In this document: one piece after another, positions 37,122 through 47,560 of the stretch
Numbering within the stretch: the first letter of the stretch is position 1
Layout of the letters: every line of letters begins with the position of its first letter
Source: a virus
Length of the DNA: 64,000 nucleotides
Reading direction: 5' to 3' (one strand)
Virus genome (UHGV): UHGV-0248979
Translations under genes and position numbers: made by a program
The notes under the pieces: model-generated
Seen by the model: only the letters and a program-made list of their open reading frames with translations
What the model was told of the DNA's origin: nothing
The model's database searches: none

Positions 37122-37763
37122 TTACAAGTTTTCAAAGAAAGTAACAACTGCTTCCGAAAGGCTAAGTTCAAATAGTCCGAACGTGTTCTCTTCTTCGAAT
37201 TCTTTACTGGCTATTAGGGGTAATAATTTAAAACAATCGATAGCACCATCAGTAACTTTCAACACACGTGGGATTCTTTTCATCCCTTCTACAAGTTCTG
37301 ATACCGTTTCCATAACAGCTTCCGCCGATTTTTCAATGGTATTATACACAGCATCGTTCTCTGTTGGTGCAATTAAATGAAAGAAACAAACAGAATCGTA
37401 CATTCCATTTTCTTTTTCACGCAACGCTACGTGGCTATCAAGAAATGCATGGTACGTTACTCCGTCGTATTCGGCACTCCCGATCCCGTTGGTTTTAAGT
37501 TTGGCGTTCAGTTCGTTAGCAAAGCTGTCCAGTTTATCTTGGTTTATGGCTTTGAAAACAAACTCGCGTGTACCGACTAATAAGCCACCCTTCGTTTGCT
37601 CTTTAGGTTTCTTACCAGAAAGTAAGCGCAACCAGGTAGAAATAGAAATCACTTCTACCGGATTTAAAGTAACAACTTTACTGTTCGGTGCCACCATCGT
37701 AACGACACCTTTCTCCATAGACACAACACCATCAACAAAATCAGTTAAATTAATGCGGCTCAT
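37122..37763 (-). CDS. hypothetical protein (candidate early gene)
   Basis: Track gives 37122-37790 (TTG); ATG at 37763 preceded by AGGAGA preferred; conserved promoter-like motif at 37815-37838. Confidence 0.5.
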   Translation of the reverse strand: MSRINLTDFVDGVVSMEKGVVTMVAPNSKVVTLNPVEVISISTWLRLLSGKKPKEQTKGGLLVGTREFVFKAINQDKLDSFANELNAKLKTNGIGSAEYDGVTYHAFLDSHVALREKENGMYDSVCFFHLIAPTENDAVYNTIEKSAEAVMETVSELVEGMKRIPRVLKVTDGAIDCFKLLPLIASKEFEEENTFGLFELSLSEAVVTFFENL

Positions 37764-37814
37764 GATATTTCTCCTAAACGTAATAAACAAGTCGTAAAGA
37801 GATTATTGTATAAT

Positions 37815-37838
37815 CCCACCTAGGTAATATATATCTGA
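37815..37838 (-). promoter_or_regulatory. conserved promoter-like motif, copy 3
   Basis: Plus-strand CCCACCTAGGTAATATATATCTGA, 51 nt upstream of ATG 37763; flanking CAAGTCG / TAAAGAG / ATTGTA blocks shared with copy 1. Confidence 0.45.
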
Positions 37839-37852
37839 AATTATTTTTAATC

Positions 37853-37900
37853 GAAAAAAAAAAGAAAAGAGAGAACCACCCTGTAATAGGGTGGTTCTCT
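37853..37900 (-). terminator. intrinsic terminator downstream of paralogue A
   Basis: A-run then 13-bp stem AGAGAACCACCCT...AGGGTGGTTCTCT. Confidence 0.65.
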
Positions 37901-37917
37901 TACTAAACAATCAGAGA

Positions 37918-39183
37918 TTATTTAGATTTTTCGTAAGCAGCGATACCTGCGGAGATATAGCCGTTCAGACCGCCAGCCAGATGTTTCTGAGTAGAAGCAA
38001 TAACTTTCTCACCCAGAGACAGGGCCTGGTTAATGCTGGTGATGTAACGACGGGCAGCACGTACAGCTTCGGTCAGTTCCGGTTTTTCGTCGATCTTAAC
38101 TTTATCGACTTCTTTCAGGAGCTTATCGATATTATCTTCAAAAGTTTTCCGCGCACTTTCGACTTTACGATAATCCTGAACGTTCTTCTCAATCTGTTTG
38201 CCCACTTCATTGAAGAAGGCGTTGATTTTAGCCAATTCGCCAGCAGACGGAGTTTTCACACTAGTTTCAACGCTATTTTCTGCTGCAACAAAGGTGGAGC
38301 TGAAACCGCCTTCGTTGTCATACTCGGTTTTCAACGCCATGTTACCGAGTTTGAAGTTTTGTTGACTGTCTTTTTCGGCCAGTTCGGTAAAGTCGGCTTT
38401 CAGTTTTTCAACTTTAGCACCATTACCTTTGGTAACATCGGAAACCATTTCAGCAGCTTTAGCGGCCATGGAAGGCATCTTAGTGCTATAGAATGTGGAA
38501 ACCTGGCTAAGGATACCTTTCAGTTTCGGAATATTATCGCCGACGAACTTGCCATCGATAGACAGAGACTTGATAAACCCACCAGAGATCTCATCTTTCT
38601 TCTGTTTGCCCAGCTTACGAATAACTTCATCGTATTTCTTAGCACGCGCCTGGATAGATTTACCCTGGTTGGAGAATTTCAGCCAACGATCTTTGATCTT
38701 ACGGCCTTGTTCTTTCAGCCATTCCCAGATACGACCCAGGAAGGCTTTAATGTCTTCCCACAGGGATTCACGAGCCACCTGGCGACGGTTACGAGAACCG
38801 TAGGATTCGTGTGCAACGGAAGAACGGTGATCGAAGTTCCAACGAGAACGGATAGATTCCTGAGCAACGTCCAGCGCGGTCGCAGCGTCGTCCGGCATAT
38901 CTTCTTCGGCGTCCATCGGGTCTTCGCCGTCTTCGCCAGCACCTTCACCGTCAGCAGCGGCCTGAGCTTCATCCAGAACATCCAGCTGAGCGTCAGTTTC
39001 GTCGCCGTCTTCTGCCAGCAGTTCAGCGTCAGCGTCCAGGGCTTCGATCGGTTTGGTGTCATGCTCGATATCGGCCAGAGTGCCTTCTACGGATTCTGCT
39101 GGCAGTTCGATGCCGTCTGGAACTACAGTAGCGGTAGACTCCATAGACTCACGAGCAATTTTGTTTTTGTAGAAATTCGCCAT
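37918..39183 (-). CDS. abundant virion protein candidate, paralogue A (acidic N-terminal region)
   Basis: 421-aa ORF, ATG at 39183 verified; host-optimised codon usage; shares MANF N-terminus, VAQESI after the acidic region, LGKQKKDEISGGFI core and AYEKSK C-terminus with paralogue B; strong terminator downstream. Confidence 0.6.
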   Translation of the reverse strand: MANFYKNKIARESMESTATVVPDGIELPAESVEGTLADIEHDTKPIEALDADAELLAEDGDETDAQLDVLDEAQAAADGEGAGEDGEDPMDAEEDMPDDAATALDVAQESIRSRWNFDHRSSVAHESYGSRNRRQVARESLWEDIKAFLGRIWEWLKEQGRKIKDRWLKFSNQGKSIQARAKKYDEVIRKLGKQKKDEISGGFIKSLSIDGKFVGDNIPKLKGILSQVSTFYSTKMPSMAAKAAEMVSDVTKGNGAKVEKLKADFTELAEKDSQQNFKLGNMALKTEYDNEGGFSSTFVAAENSVETSVKTPSAGELAKINAFFNEVGKQIEKNVQDYRKVESARKTFEDNIDKLLKEVDKVKIDEKPELTEAVRAARRYITSINQALSLGEKVIASTQKHLAGGLNGYISAGIAAYEKSK

Positions 39184-39265
39184 TTTAAGCTTTTCCTCTA
39201 AGGGGAACGCGTTGTTCCCCTGATGATTTATTTCAAGAACTGTACGGAACTACGAATCTAAATTA

Positions 39266-40537
39266 TTATTTAGATTTTTCGTAAGCACCGATACCAGCAC
39301 CCAGGTAACCATTCAGACCGCTAATAACGGTGTTAGCAACATAGCTAACGGCGCGGTTCAGGGTCTGGTAGTTCTTAACAGACCAATCAGCAGCTTGACG
39401 TGCGTTACGCAGGCCATCCCATTTGCTTTCGTCTTTCTCGTTATTCAGCTCTTTGGTTGCTTTTTCAGCAGCCTGTTGCAGTTTCACGATTTCAGAATCG
39501 TAAGCACGGAAATCTTTCAGTACGGCTTCGAAGCCTTTACCGATTGCTTCCAGAGCAGAAGCAGCACCAGCCATTTCAGAAACAGACGGAGTTTTCACGT
39601 CTTTATCGTCAGAAGCGTCACCGGTGCTCATGAAAGCAATTGCGGTGAACTTGTGGCCGCCAGCCAGTTCTTTAGTACCAGCCTGAATGTATGCGTTGCC
39701 TGGCAGTGCCAGCAGTTTAGACGCATCGCCTTTTTCAAAATTCGGCAGAGAATGCAGTTTAGACGCTGCTTTACCGAACAGGTCTACAGGCTGATCGCCG
39801 CGCATTGCTTTGAAGGAATCGTCGTCACCCTTGCTCACAGCAGTTACAGCTTCACCGGCCTGTTTTTCCAGAGCACTGATGGAACCTTTAGCTTTACCAG
39901 CGGTAACTTCTTTCGCAATAGCGATAGAGCCAGCAGCATCGAATTTACCTTCGATAGACAGCTTGGTGATAAACCCACCAGAGATCTCATCTTTCTTCTG
40001 TTTGCCCAGCTTACGCAGCATTTCCTGATATTTCTTCGCACGTTTCTGTGCGGTCTTACCGACGTTGAAATATTTCAGTTTCAGGTCTTTGATCTTCGCA
40101 ATCACTTCTTTACAGAACTGAATGAAACGATCGTAAAGATCTTTCAGGGTTTCTTTCCAACCTTCCTGGGCAGCAGCAGTCATACCACGACCACGGCGAT
40201 AGGATTCGCGAGCCAGTTTAGTACGTTCCAGGCACCAACGACGTGCGATGGATTCCTGTGCCACTTCGTGCAGGGCAACCGCTTCTTCCGGCATTTCTTC
40301 ACCGTTAGCAACGGCTTCTTCCGCCTGTTCGATAGCGTCTTCAGTACGCTCGGTATCGGCAGCCAGGGTTTCACCGTCGGTTTCCAGCTGATCGAGCTGA
40401 CCGTCGATAGATGCAACGTCCGCAAGTTGGACGTCCAGGTTCTCTTCTGCCGGTTCAACGTTGCTGATACCGTCGATTACTTCATCGGCCGCTTCCATCG
40501 ATTCACGAGCGGCGCGAGTTTTTGCGAAATTTGCCAT
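39266..40537 (-). CDS. abundant virion protein candidate, paralogue B (acidic N-terminal region)
   Basis: 423-aa ORF, ATG at 40537 verified with AAGGAAA SD; same conserved blocks as paralogue A. Confidence 0.6.
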   Translation of the reverse strand: MANFAKTRAARESMEAADEVIDGISNVEPAEENLDVQLADVASIDGQLDQLETDGETLAADTERTEDAIEQAEEAVANGEEMPEEAVALHEVAQESIARRWCLERTKLARESYRRGRGMTAAAQEGWKETLKDLYDRFIQFCKEVIAKIKDLKLKYFNVGKTAQKRAKKYQEMLRKLGKQKKDEISGGFITKLSIEGKFDAAGSIAIAKEVTAGKAKGSISALEKQAGEAVTAVSKGDDDSFKAMRGDQPVDLFGKAASKLHSLPNFEKGDASKLLALPGNAYIQAGTKELAGGHKFTAIAFMSTGDASDDKDVKTPSVSEMAGAASALEAIGKGFEAVLKDFRAYDSEIVKLQQAAEKATKELNNEKDESKWDGLRNARQAADWSVKNYQTLNRAVSYVANTVISGLNGYLGAGIGAYEKSK

Positions 40538-40596
40538 TTCGTTTATTTCCTTTGGTTATATAACCCAATTACACGCCCCTAGAATGAGGGGCCCCC

Positions 40597-41157
40597 TTAG
40601 GGACGTGCGATTTTCAAAAACACTGCTAACGACGAGATCATGTCGGACAACCCGTTCGGGCGTGTCATCCAGCGTGCCAGCAGTTCATGGTCTGCATAAG
40701 ATAAAAGACGTTTGCTACACTCAATGGATTGGTGAGCGGAGCCCATATTACGTACAGTACCTCGGCGACCAAACGCAGCAGCTAACAGACGCGAGCCTAA
40801 TGCACCCGTCTGTTCAACATTCTTCGTGTTACGAACATCGTTCATATACGACGACAGCAAAGTCGACCACTGCCCTAACGTCACATTACGTCGCTTACCA
40901 TCCAGCAGGAAGGCTACGCTTTCGTTATAAAACGTATTAAAGGTAAATCCGACCTGCGGATATTCGTCATATAATACCTGCTGCAATGAGTCAGCAGCCA
41001 TCAGACGAAAATACGGTAAAAGAACGGCAGCCGCTTCCAATGTTTTGTGAATAACTTCGTCATCGTGTGTGTCGATTGGGTTCTTCGATAAAATCGACAT
41101 GTAGGATTTAATGCGCTCTACAGCAACACTAAATTCTGGACTATCGTGCTCAAACAT
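40597..41157 (-). CDS. hypothetical protein
   Basis: 186-aa ORF; no motif recognised. Confidence 0.5.
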   Translation of the reverse strand: MFEHDSPEFSVAVERIKSYMSILSKNPIDTHDDEVIHKTLEAAAVLLPYFRLMAADSLQQVLYDEYPQVGFTFNTFYNESVAFLLDGKRRNVTLGQWSTLLSSYMNDVRNTKNVEQTGALGSRLLAAAFGRRGTVRNMGSAHQSIECSKRLLSYADHELLARWMTRPNGLSDMISSLAVFLKIARP

Positions 41158-41174
41158 TCGCCTCTCCTAACGGT

Positions 41175-42110
41175 TTACGCTAAACCGTATTTCTTTTCAA
41201 GACGCTCACGCTTGTGCTTGAGTTCCATCAGATGCTTTTCACTGATTTCAATCAGTTTCTCAATGTGGGCATCACCCTTACCTTCTGCGACTTGCTTTTT
41301 GTAAAGTAAGATACGCAGTTCCGCCGCTTTCGCCGCTTCTACACACTCGTCGTACTTATCCATCTGCCGTTCAGCGATATTTAAACGTACGCGCAGTATC
41401 AGTGAGATTGGGAACGGTACACTGCTCATTCCCAGTGGGTCAACGGAGCTCGAACCGAACTGTTGCGCCAACTCACCGTAAGTTTCGTCGTTAAAGATCG
41501 CTTCAGGAATTTCCGCATAATCCGCTTTCAGTTTATTCAGCGGCGTTGCCAGCACACGGACAGCAATGCAGTAAGAAATAGAACGAGTATTGAGGTATTG
41601 AAGGTCATTCGGACCGACGCCTTTTACTTCAATATTCGAGCCTTCTACGGCGGCTATTTCTTCTGCGGTTACGTAGTTAAGTAAGGTGGCACTGTAGCCT
41701 GTAAAGAAATCAATCAGGTCAAGCAGTCTGAGCACCGTTAATTTATTAAACGTCATTGAAGACGTGACTAACGCTTTACCAATGTCACGTGTAATACATT
41801 GGTCTAAGAAAGAACGCAATTGTAGCGTGTTTTCCATCGAGGCAACGATGTATTCCAGCATCGAAGGATTACGGAGACCTTTGGCTTCCAGACCGGAATT
41901 CCGCAGGTACTTAACCAAATCATCCGACATGTCCTGCACCGTTTTCGATTTGAACGGCTTGCCTTCTTTCGACGCTACCAGCTCTTGCAGAGACTGGAAA
42001 CGCGGTAAAAGTTGTTCACCAATCGCATCACAGTTTGATGAGAGCTGGTTTTTCAAGTTTGTTGCTTCAAAGCTCGGCAACAACATAGCGAGCATATTCG
42101 GGATTGCCAT
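41175..42110 (-). CDS. hypothetical protein
   Basis: 311-aa ORF; no motif recognised. Confidence 0.5.
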   Translation of the reverse strand: MAIPNMLAMLLPSFEATNLKNQLSSNCDAIGEQLLPRFQSLQELVASKEGKPFKSKTVQDMSDDLVKYLRNSGLEAKGLRNPSMLEYIVASMENTLQLRSFLDQCITRDIGKALVTSSMTFNKLTVLRLLDLIDFFTGYSATLLNYVTAEEIAAVEGSNIEVKGVGPNDLQYLNTRSISYCIAVRVLATPLNKLKADYAEIPEAIFNDETYGELAQQFGSSSVDPLGMSSVPFPISLILRVRLNIAERQMDKYDECVEAAKAAELRILLYKKQVAEGKGDAHIEKLIEISEKHLMELKHKRERLEKKYGLA

Positions 42111-42120
42111 GCCTTACCCC

Positions 42121-43227
42121 TTAAAGAACTGGCTGAGCGCCAGAGCGATACGCTTCGATGATTTTATTCACATCGGCGCTACCAGACTTCGATTTACTAA
42201 AGTCAGATTTATCGAGTTCCTGAGAGCCATTCTGACCACGGGTATAAATAGTGACACGATTCCAGGTGGTGTCCACAACAACATAGTAGACAGTCAGGGT
42301 GTCTTTGAATACACGTTGACGGATATTGAAATCGTCGAATTCGCCACCTAGCTGTGCGGTCAAGCCGTCGATTGTGTCTTGAGAAACCACCATGACGGAA
42401 GAAGCGTTATTGATAGACGGTGCCAGAGACAGCAAACCAGATAACCAGTTACCGTTCTTCTTCTCCATCATCTTACGGTAATAGCCGGACTTATCGCGAT
42501 AACGGTTCTTACGATATTCTTCTACCAGGTCGTTACAGAACGCGATGTCTTTTACGTAACTCAACGCACCAACACGTGCACGCAGCCAACGTTCCCAGAA
42601 TGTTTTCGTCTGGTCACTGAACGCAATCAGCGTTTCAATTTGTTCGGTCGGTAAGGATTTCACATCCAAACGTAGGCGCATTGGGAGTTCGACTTTATTA
42701 CCGTCACGTTCGAATGTTACTGAGAACATTTTCCCGTTGGACAACCCTTCTTGATCGAAAAGCAGTTTAATCGGTTCACCTTTCCCGCCACTGACCGAAC
42801 CTTTTGATTCCTGGGCGACCCGTCGGGCAGATTCGCCGACTGCAATGCCGATTTTATCGTATGATGGTAAACCATAACGGGCAGATTCGCCGACTGCAAG
42901 CGCTGCTAAGCGGGAACCGGTGCGGACTGCGTTATCAAGCGCACTACGACGTGTGCTGACCTGATCCAGGGTACCGATAATGTCAACATCCGGTACACCG
43001 GTTAACAGTGAGATAGCCGTTAATTGGTTTCCTGCCAGCAAAATTTGGATTTTCTCCAGAATTCCCGGAAGGTAATCTAAACCCAGCAGGCTTTGTTCGA
43101 CTAAGGTAATGTGCTCGTTATAGAGCACTGAGTTAAATTCCTCCATCGACTCCGCACGCGAACGAAACAGCATGGGAAGTCTGGAGAGGAAAGAGACAAC
43201 GCTTGTCTCAAACGTTTTTTCTAACAT
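42121..43227 (-). CDS. hypothetical protein with internal 18-codon duplication
   Basis: 368-aa ORF; 22-nt exact direct repeat at 42824-42845 and 42878-42899 encodes repeated AVGESAR segments. Confidence 0.5.
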   Translation of the reverse strand: MLEKTFETSVVSFLSRLPMLFRSRAESMEEFNSVLYNEHITLVEQSLLGLDYLPGILEKIQILLAGNQLTAISLLTGVPDVDIIGTLDQVSTRRSALDNAVRTGSRLAALAVGESARYGLPSYDKIGIAVGESARRVAQESKGSVSGGKGEPIKLLFDQEGLSNGKMFSVTFERDGNKVELPMRLRLDVKSLPTEQIETLIAFSDQTKTFWERWLRARVGALSYVKDIAFCNDLVEEYRKNRYRDKSGYYRKMMEKKNGNWLSGLLSLAPSINNASSVMVVSQDTIDGLTAQLGGEFDDFNIRQRVFKDTLTVYYVVVDTTWNRVTIYTRGQNGSQELDKSDFSKSKSGSADVNKIIEAYRSGAQPVL

Positions 43228-43253
43228 TTTCCTAATGAACTCCGGAGTTAAAG

Positions 43254-44552
43254 ATGAGTGACGAGACAGATAAGAACGATCCGGGGTATGACCCGAATAC
43301 TGACTACGACGATTCTCTCCACAATCCGAATAACGCGGACGCGGTGCCTTCGGTCGCAGGATATTTCGACGGACGGATTAGTAATGCTAACCCCCCGACG
43401 CCTTACGACGCTAATACTGAACTTACGGCATGGAACGATCGTATCCGTCTTACTGTAGGTTTGGGTCTTGCTGCGCAGCGTTTGACCAACCCCTACATGG
43501 GGTTCAACCATATGATGGCGTCTAACCCCACGCCAATCAACCGAGAATACGGTGGACTAACTTTTATTACCCGGCCCGATTTTAACCTGTGCTACGACAA
43601 CATTGCTAAGTCACGTAAAATGTCGAACATGGCAATGCAGCCAAAGGACTCCATAGATTATTCGATTTTAGCTGCGCTTGACCCTGATTTTGAACTCGGG
43701 TTTACAGACGCACCTATGGAAAACGGTAGACGAAAGAATCGCTTAGGTACGCCGTTTATGCCTCAAGTAAAATTCGATAATCTACAAGCGTTCATACCAA
43801 TACTCAGTACGCAACTGATCAGCCTTAGTGGTGCACCCGATCAATCGATTGATAACTGGATGGCAAGTGAAGGTTTAATGCGTGAACAATGGGGGATGGT
43901 TGACTCTACCCACGAAGTTAACAATAGCTTTTCCATCAGCATGTCATTAAACAACCCTTATGGCGACCCGTTAATGAAAATGATGGGCGTGTGGCTAGAG
44001 TATATGTCTGGCGTGAAGATGGGTAAATTCCGTCCGAAGATGCGCAACTCCATTCAACGCAGAATCGATTATCAGTCACGAATTTACGGGATGCGTTACG
44101 ATGCTCTGGGAAACATCACCCGCTTCTGGACGATTTGTGTCGCGTGGCCAATGAACGATAACGCAGGACAAATGGCGAACGTTGATAACTCCAAACCGCA
44201 GTTAAACGACGACGTTACGATTACTATTAACTGGCAAGCTATCGGAGCACGGTTTAACGATCCACTATACATGGAAATGTTTAACCGCACCGTCTCCATT
44301 TTTAATCCGGATATGCTCCCACAGCCAGGCTCTATTCAATCGGGCAACTTCATCCCGATTGCTAGTGACCAATTAGTGCCCATCGCGCCACAATTACTGC
44401 CGTTATTCAACTATTACGGTTATCCGCACATCGATTCCGTACGACGCAAACTTACCTGGTATGTTTACCAGGCAGACTACCAACATATTCTCAAGAAAGC
44501 GGGATTACTGGATAATGCTAATGCCGCTTCACTACCGACAGGTAATAACTGA
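43254..44552 (+). CDS. hypothetical protein (possible structural protein)
   Basis: 432-aa ORF; stop overlaps next start (TGATG at 44550-44554). Confidence 0.5.
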   Translation: MSDETDKNDPGYDPNTDYDDSLHNPNNADAVPSVAGYFDGRISNANPPTPYDANTELTAWNDRIRLTVGLGLAAQRLTNPYMGFNHMMASNPTPINREYGGLTFITRPDFNLCYDNIAKSRKMSNMAMQPKDSIDYSILAALDPDFELGFTDAPMENGRRKNRLGTPFMPQVKFDNLQAFIPILSTQLISLSGAPDQSIDNWMASEGLMREQWGMVDSTHEVNNSFSISMSLNNPYGDPLMKMMGVWLEYMSGVKMGKFRPKMRNSIQRRIDYQSRIYGMRYDALGNITRFWTICVAWPMNDNAGQMANVDNSKPQLNDDVTITINWQAIGARFNDPLYMEMFNRTVSIFNPDMLPQPGSIQSGNFIPIASDQLVPIAPQLLPLFNYYGYPHIDSVRRKLTWYVYQADYQHILKKAGLLDNANAASLPTGNN

Positions 44553-47506
44553 TGAGTTCTACGACTTACGATACTTTGGCAAAGAACATATTGTTGTTTG
44601 CCCACCATCCGGCAGCGATGCAAACACTGCTCTTGAATCAGCTTCTGGATGTAGAAGACGCCGAAGGCCAAATAGTGTTACGTGACCCAACAGACCCTGT
44701 TGTTTACTTGGCGGAAATGGGGACAATGTTAGGTCATGCGACGCTCATGGGTTTGCAAGAATCGGTACCAAAGACTTTTCCATCGATGGCGCAAACGTAC
44801 GATGACCTGTTCCGACATATGTCTGATGTAGACTATGTTGATGTGTTCGCCCAACCTTCGACCACCGAGTTGTTGTTATTAATCGACGTTGACAGTTTAA
44901 TCTCCAAGGCGTACCCTTTGCAAATAGCGGGTGTGCGTAAGGTTGTTATCCCTCGAGACACAATTTTCACGGTTTCAGGTTACACCTTCGCCATCCAATA
45001 CCCGATTGAAATCAGGGTACTTCCTTACGGCACCAATGAAAACCCAGCTTTTCAGGTTCTATGGATTACCGAAACACAGTCACCTATTTCTCCTGTCTCA
45101 ACGAATGCGCTGGACTGGGAATTGACATCGTCTAACACCACGGCTTCGCAACTGCTGGCAATCCATATCCCCGTCATGCAGTATGCGGTGAAGAACGAAA
45201 GCGACACCGTTGCGGGGAAAAATACCTTTGTCATGACCCGCCACTACACTAACAAATTTTTCTACGTAAGGGTGTGGATGAAATCAACCAACGATAACAA
45301 GTGGGTTGAGATTCAGCATACGCACAGTCGTGACGTTTACGACCCCAACACCCCAACGGCGTTGATTCAGGTCGGTGACGGTGTTATACGGTGTACCATC
45401 CCTTCGATCTACATGGCGAAGAATTTGGTAAGTGGCGAAATTCGCATGGATATCTACACGACCTTAGGGCCTTTGAGTGTCGATATCTCGGCTTATCCGT
45501 CTGATGAATACACGTTCACATTGCGCGATTTAAACGGCGAATATGACGAAAACTACGTTAACCCGATTAAGAGTTTTTCCATCAAACAGATGGCTGCAAA
45601 AGCGGGTAAAATGTTATCAGGTGGCCGTAGCCAGCTCACGTTCGAAGATTTGCGTACACGTGTGGTCAATAACGCTGTAGGTGCACGAAAACTCCCTGTT
45701 ACGGAGAAGCAATTAGAAGCAACGGTTTCCGATTACGGCCTAACGTTGTCGAAACCAAACGACTATGTTACCAGTCGTACATACTTCTTAACGGCACCGA
45801 TGCTCGATTCGACAATCCCCAACGTCAGTTCTCCCATCGGGACAATCACGGCACCGTTCTATTTCTCTTGGAATGAATTGGTTAATCTGCCGACGGTAAA
45901 GGTTAACGGTAATCGTCTGACGATTCTTCCTGATACACTTTATCGATTCACCGACACCAGCCTGACGGTTGATGCGGAAATGACGGTCTTAGCAAAAACC
46001 ATGCGTAAAGAAGATTTGATTAACGCGGCCAACGCTAATCGTTATCTCTTTACGCCATTCCATTACGTTGTGGATATCAACAATAAAGCCATTGACGTTC
46101 GTATTTATCAATTAGATAAACCGACGTTAAACTCCAAACGCTTTATTGCTACTAACGTAAGCACGGAACTCAGTGTGGTAACGGCCGACTACACTATCGA
46201 AAAGACCGAAGCAGGTTATGTTTTGCGTACCGTAACGAAGTCGGAGGCACCTTATCAAGCACTGACTGACGACCAAGTTTTTGCGCAGCTATCGTTCCGT
46301 CCGCGTAACGCAGACAACACTTTAGCGTACATCAACGGTACGTTAGTCGGTAAGCAGGGTAGCGAACGTGTATGGGAGTTCCTACTGGAAACCAACCTGG
46401 ACGTTGACCGTAATGACGAATTGGTACTAACGAATACGCGTATTAGTAGTAGCACGCCCACGGAAACGCCTGTGCCGCTGACAACAGACTTCAACCTGTT
46501 CTACGGCTGCACGGGTTACTACCCTGGCAATTACGAACGTGCGGAAATGGATGCGTTAATCACTGCCCCATCACGTGATGCGATTGGTATTACCCATGAA
46601 ATTTTCAAAATCGAATTGGGTAAAGCAATGACGTACTACTGGCGTAAAGCGCGTGCTGTTACTGACAGCATTAACTACCAGTATTACGAACAAGACGTGA
46701 TGGCAACGTGGGAGATCGATGTTGTTAAACGCGATGAGAATGGTGTACCAATCTATACTTACGATGCAGGCCGCACACCACCACTTCAGATTACGTACGA
46801 GCATCGTAAAGGCGATCCTAAACTCGACGAAGCTGGAGAACAGATCGTCCTACATCGTGAAGGCGACTTAGTTAAAGACGAGTTTGGTAATCCGAAAATT
46901 GCGAAATCACGTTCTATCAAATTCCGGAGTGAGATGGCAGTGTTCGATGCGCGATATAAATTCGCGACGACACCTTCTGCGAAATCGTATCTGAATGAAG
47001 TTATCGAAAACATCGTTAACTACGTCACGGTAATACTCCCGACTTTGAAGCCTATGTTGTTAGAACGCACCGAAGGTTACTTTGTGCCGATTACAACAAT
47101 GGGGTATATCGACGCTCGTACAGAGGACGGGGTAGTAACACCTGTCCCTGCGGAAAACCAGTTCACAGTACGCTATTACCTAACGGCTGCTAACCGTAAT
47201 AACACCGAGCTCTTAACGCAGATTCGTAAGAAAACTTCTCAGGTTATCAACGATTACTTGGGTAGCCATCTAACAATCTCTGCAACCGAAATCGGTAATG
47301 CGTTGAGTGAAACCCTCGATGCGTCTATTATCGGTGTTGAACTCGATGCTATGGGGCCAGATAAAGACATGCGTCTCTTTACCGTTGTCTCAGAAGCATC
47401 AAGAGCAACTATAGGTAAAAAGCTGGACATTGAGGCCAGCGGCGACATCGGACTTAAAGACGATATCGTTATTGTTTATAACCGCCACGATACTACCGCC
47501 GATTAA
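44552..47506 (+). CDS. large hypothetical protein (possible tail/baseplate component)
   Basis: 984-aa ORF, ATG at 44552; strong bidirectional terminator at 47507-47560; function not recognised. Confidence 0.55.
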   Translation: MSSTTYDTLAKNILLFAHHPAAMQTLLLNQLLDVEDAEGQIVLRDPTDPVVYLAEMGTMLGHATLMGLQESVPKTFPSMAQTYDDLFRHMSDVDYVDVFAQPSTTELLLLIDVDSLISKAYPLQIAGVRKVVIPRDTIFTVSGYTFAIQYPIEIRVLPYGTNENPAFQVLWITETQSPISPVSTNALDWELTSSNTTASQLLAIHIPVMQYAVKNESDTVAGKNTFVMTRHYTNKFFYVRVWMKSTNDNKWVEIQHTHSRDVYDPNTPTALIQVGDGVIRCTIPSIYMAKNLVSGEIRMDIYTTLGPLSVDISAYPSDEYTFTLRDLNGEYDENYVNPIKSFSIKQMAAKAGKMLSGGRSQLTFEDLRTRVVNNAVGARKLPVTEKQLEATVSDYGLTLSKPNDYVTSRTYFLTAPMLDSTIPNVSSPIGTITAPFYFSWNELVNLPTVKVNGNRLTILPDTLYRFTDTSLTVDAEMTVLAKTMRKEDLINAANANRYLFTPFHYVVDINNKAIDVRIYQLDKPTLNSKRFIATNVSTELSVVTADYTIEKTEAGYVLRTVTKSEAPYQALTDDQVFAQLSFRPRNADNTLAYINGTLVGKQGSERVWEFLLETNLDVDRNDELVLTNTRISSSTPTETPVPLTTDFNLFYGCTGYYPGNYERAEMDALITAPSRDAIGITHEIFKIELGKAMTYYWRKARAVTDSINYQYYEQDVMATWEIDVVKRDENGVPIYTYDAGRTPPLQITYEHRKGDPKLDEAGEQIVLHREGDLVKDEFGNPKIAKSRSIKFRSEMAVFDARYKFATTPSAKSYLNEVIENIVNYVTVILPTLKPMLLERTEGYFVPITTMGYIDARTEDGVVTPVPAENQFTVRYYLTAANRNNTELLTQIRKKTSQVINDYLGSHLTISATEIGNALSETLDASIIGVELDAMGPDKDMRLFTVVSEASRATIGKKLDIEASGDIGLKDDIVIVYNRHDTTAD

Positions 47507-47560
47507 GAAAAAATAATAAAAGTTACCCTACTCCTCCGGGAGTAGGGTAATCTTTTTTTA
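47507..47560. terminator. bidirectional terminator between convergent genes
   Basis: A-rich run, stem TTACCCTACTCC...GGAGTAGGGTAA, T-run; stem nearly identical to the 52871-52920 terminator. Confidence 0.7.

Noticed and set aside
37891-39201. 436-aa plus-strand ORF antisense to paralogue A (and 39395-40582 antisense to paralogue B)
   Set aside because: The minus-strand frames carry the blocks conserved between the two paralogues plus SD sites and terminators; antisense products are Phe-rich and low-complexity.
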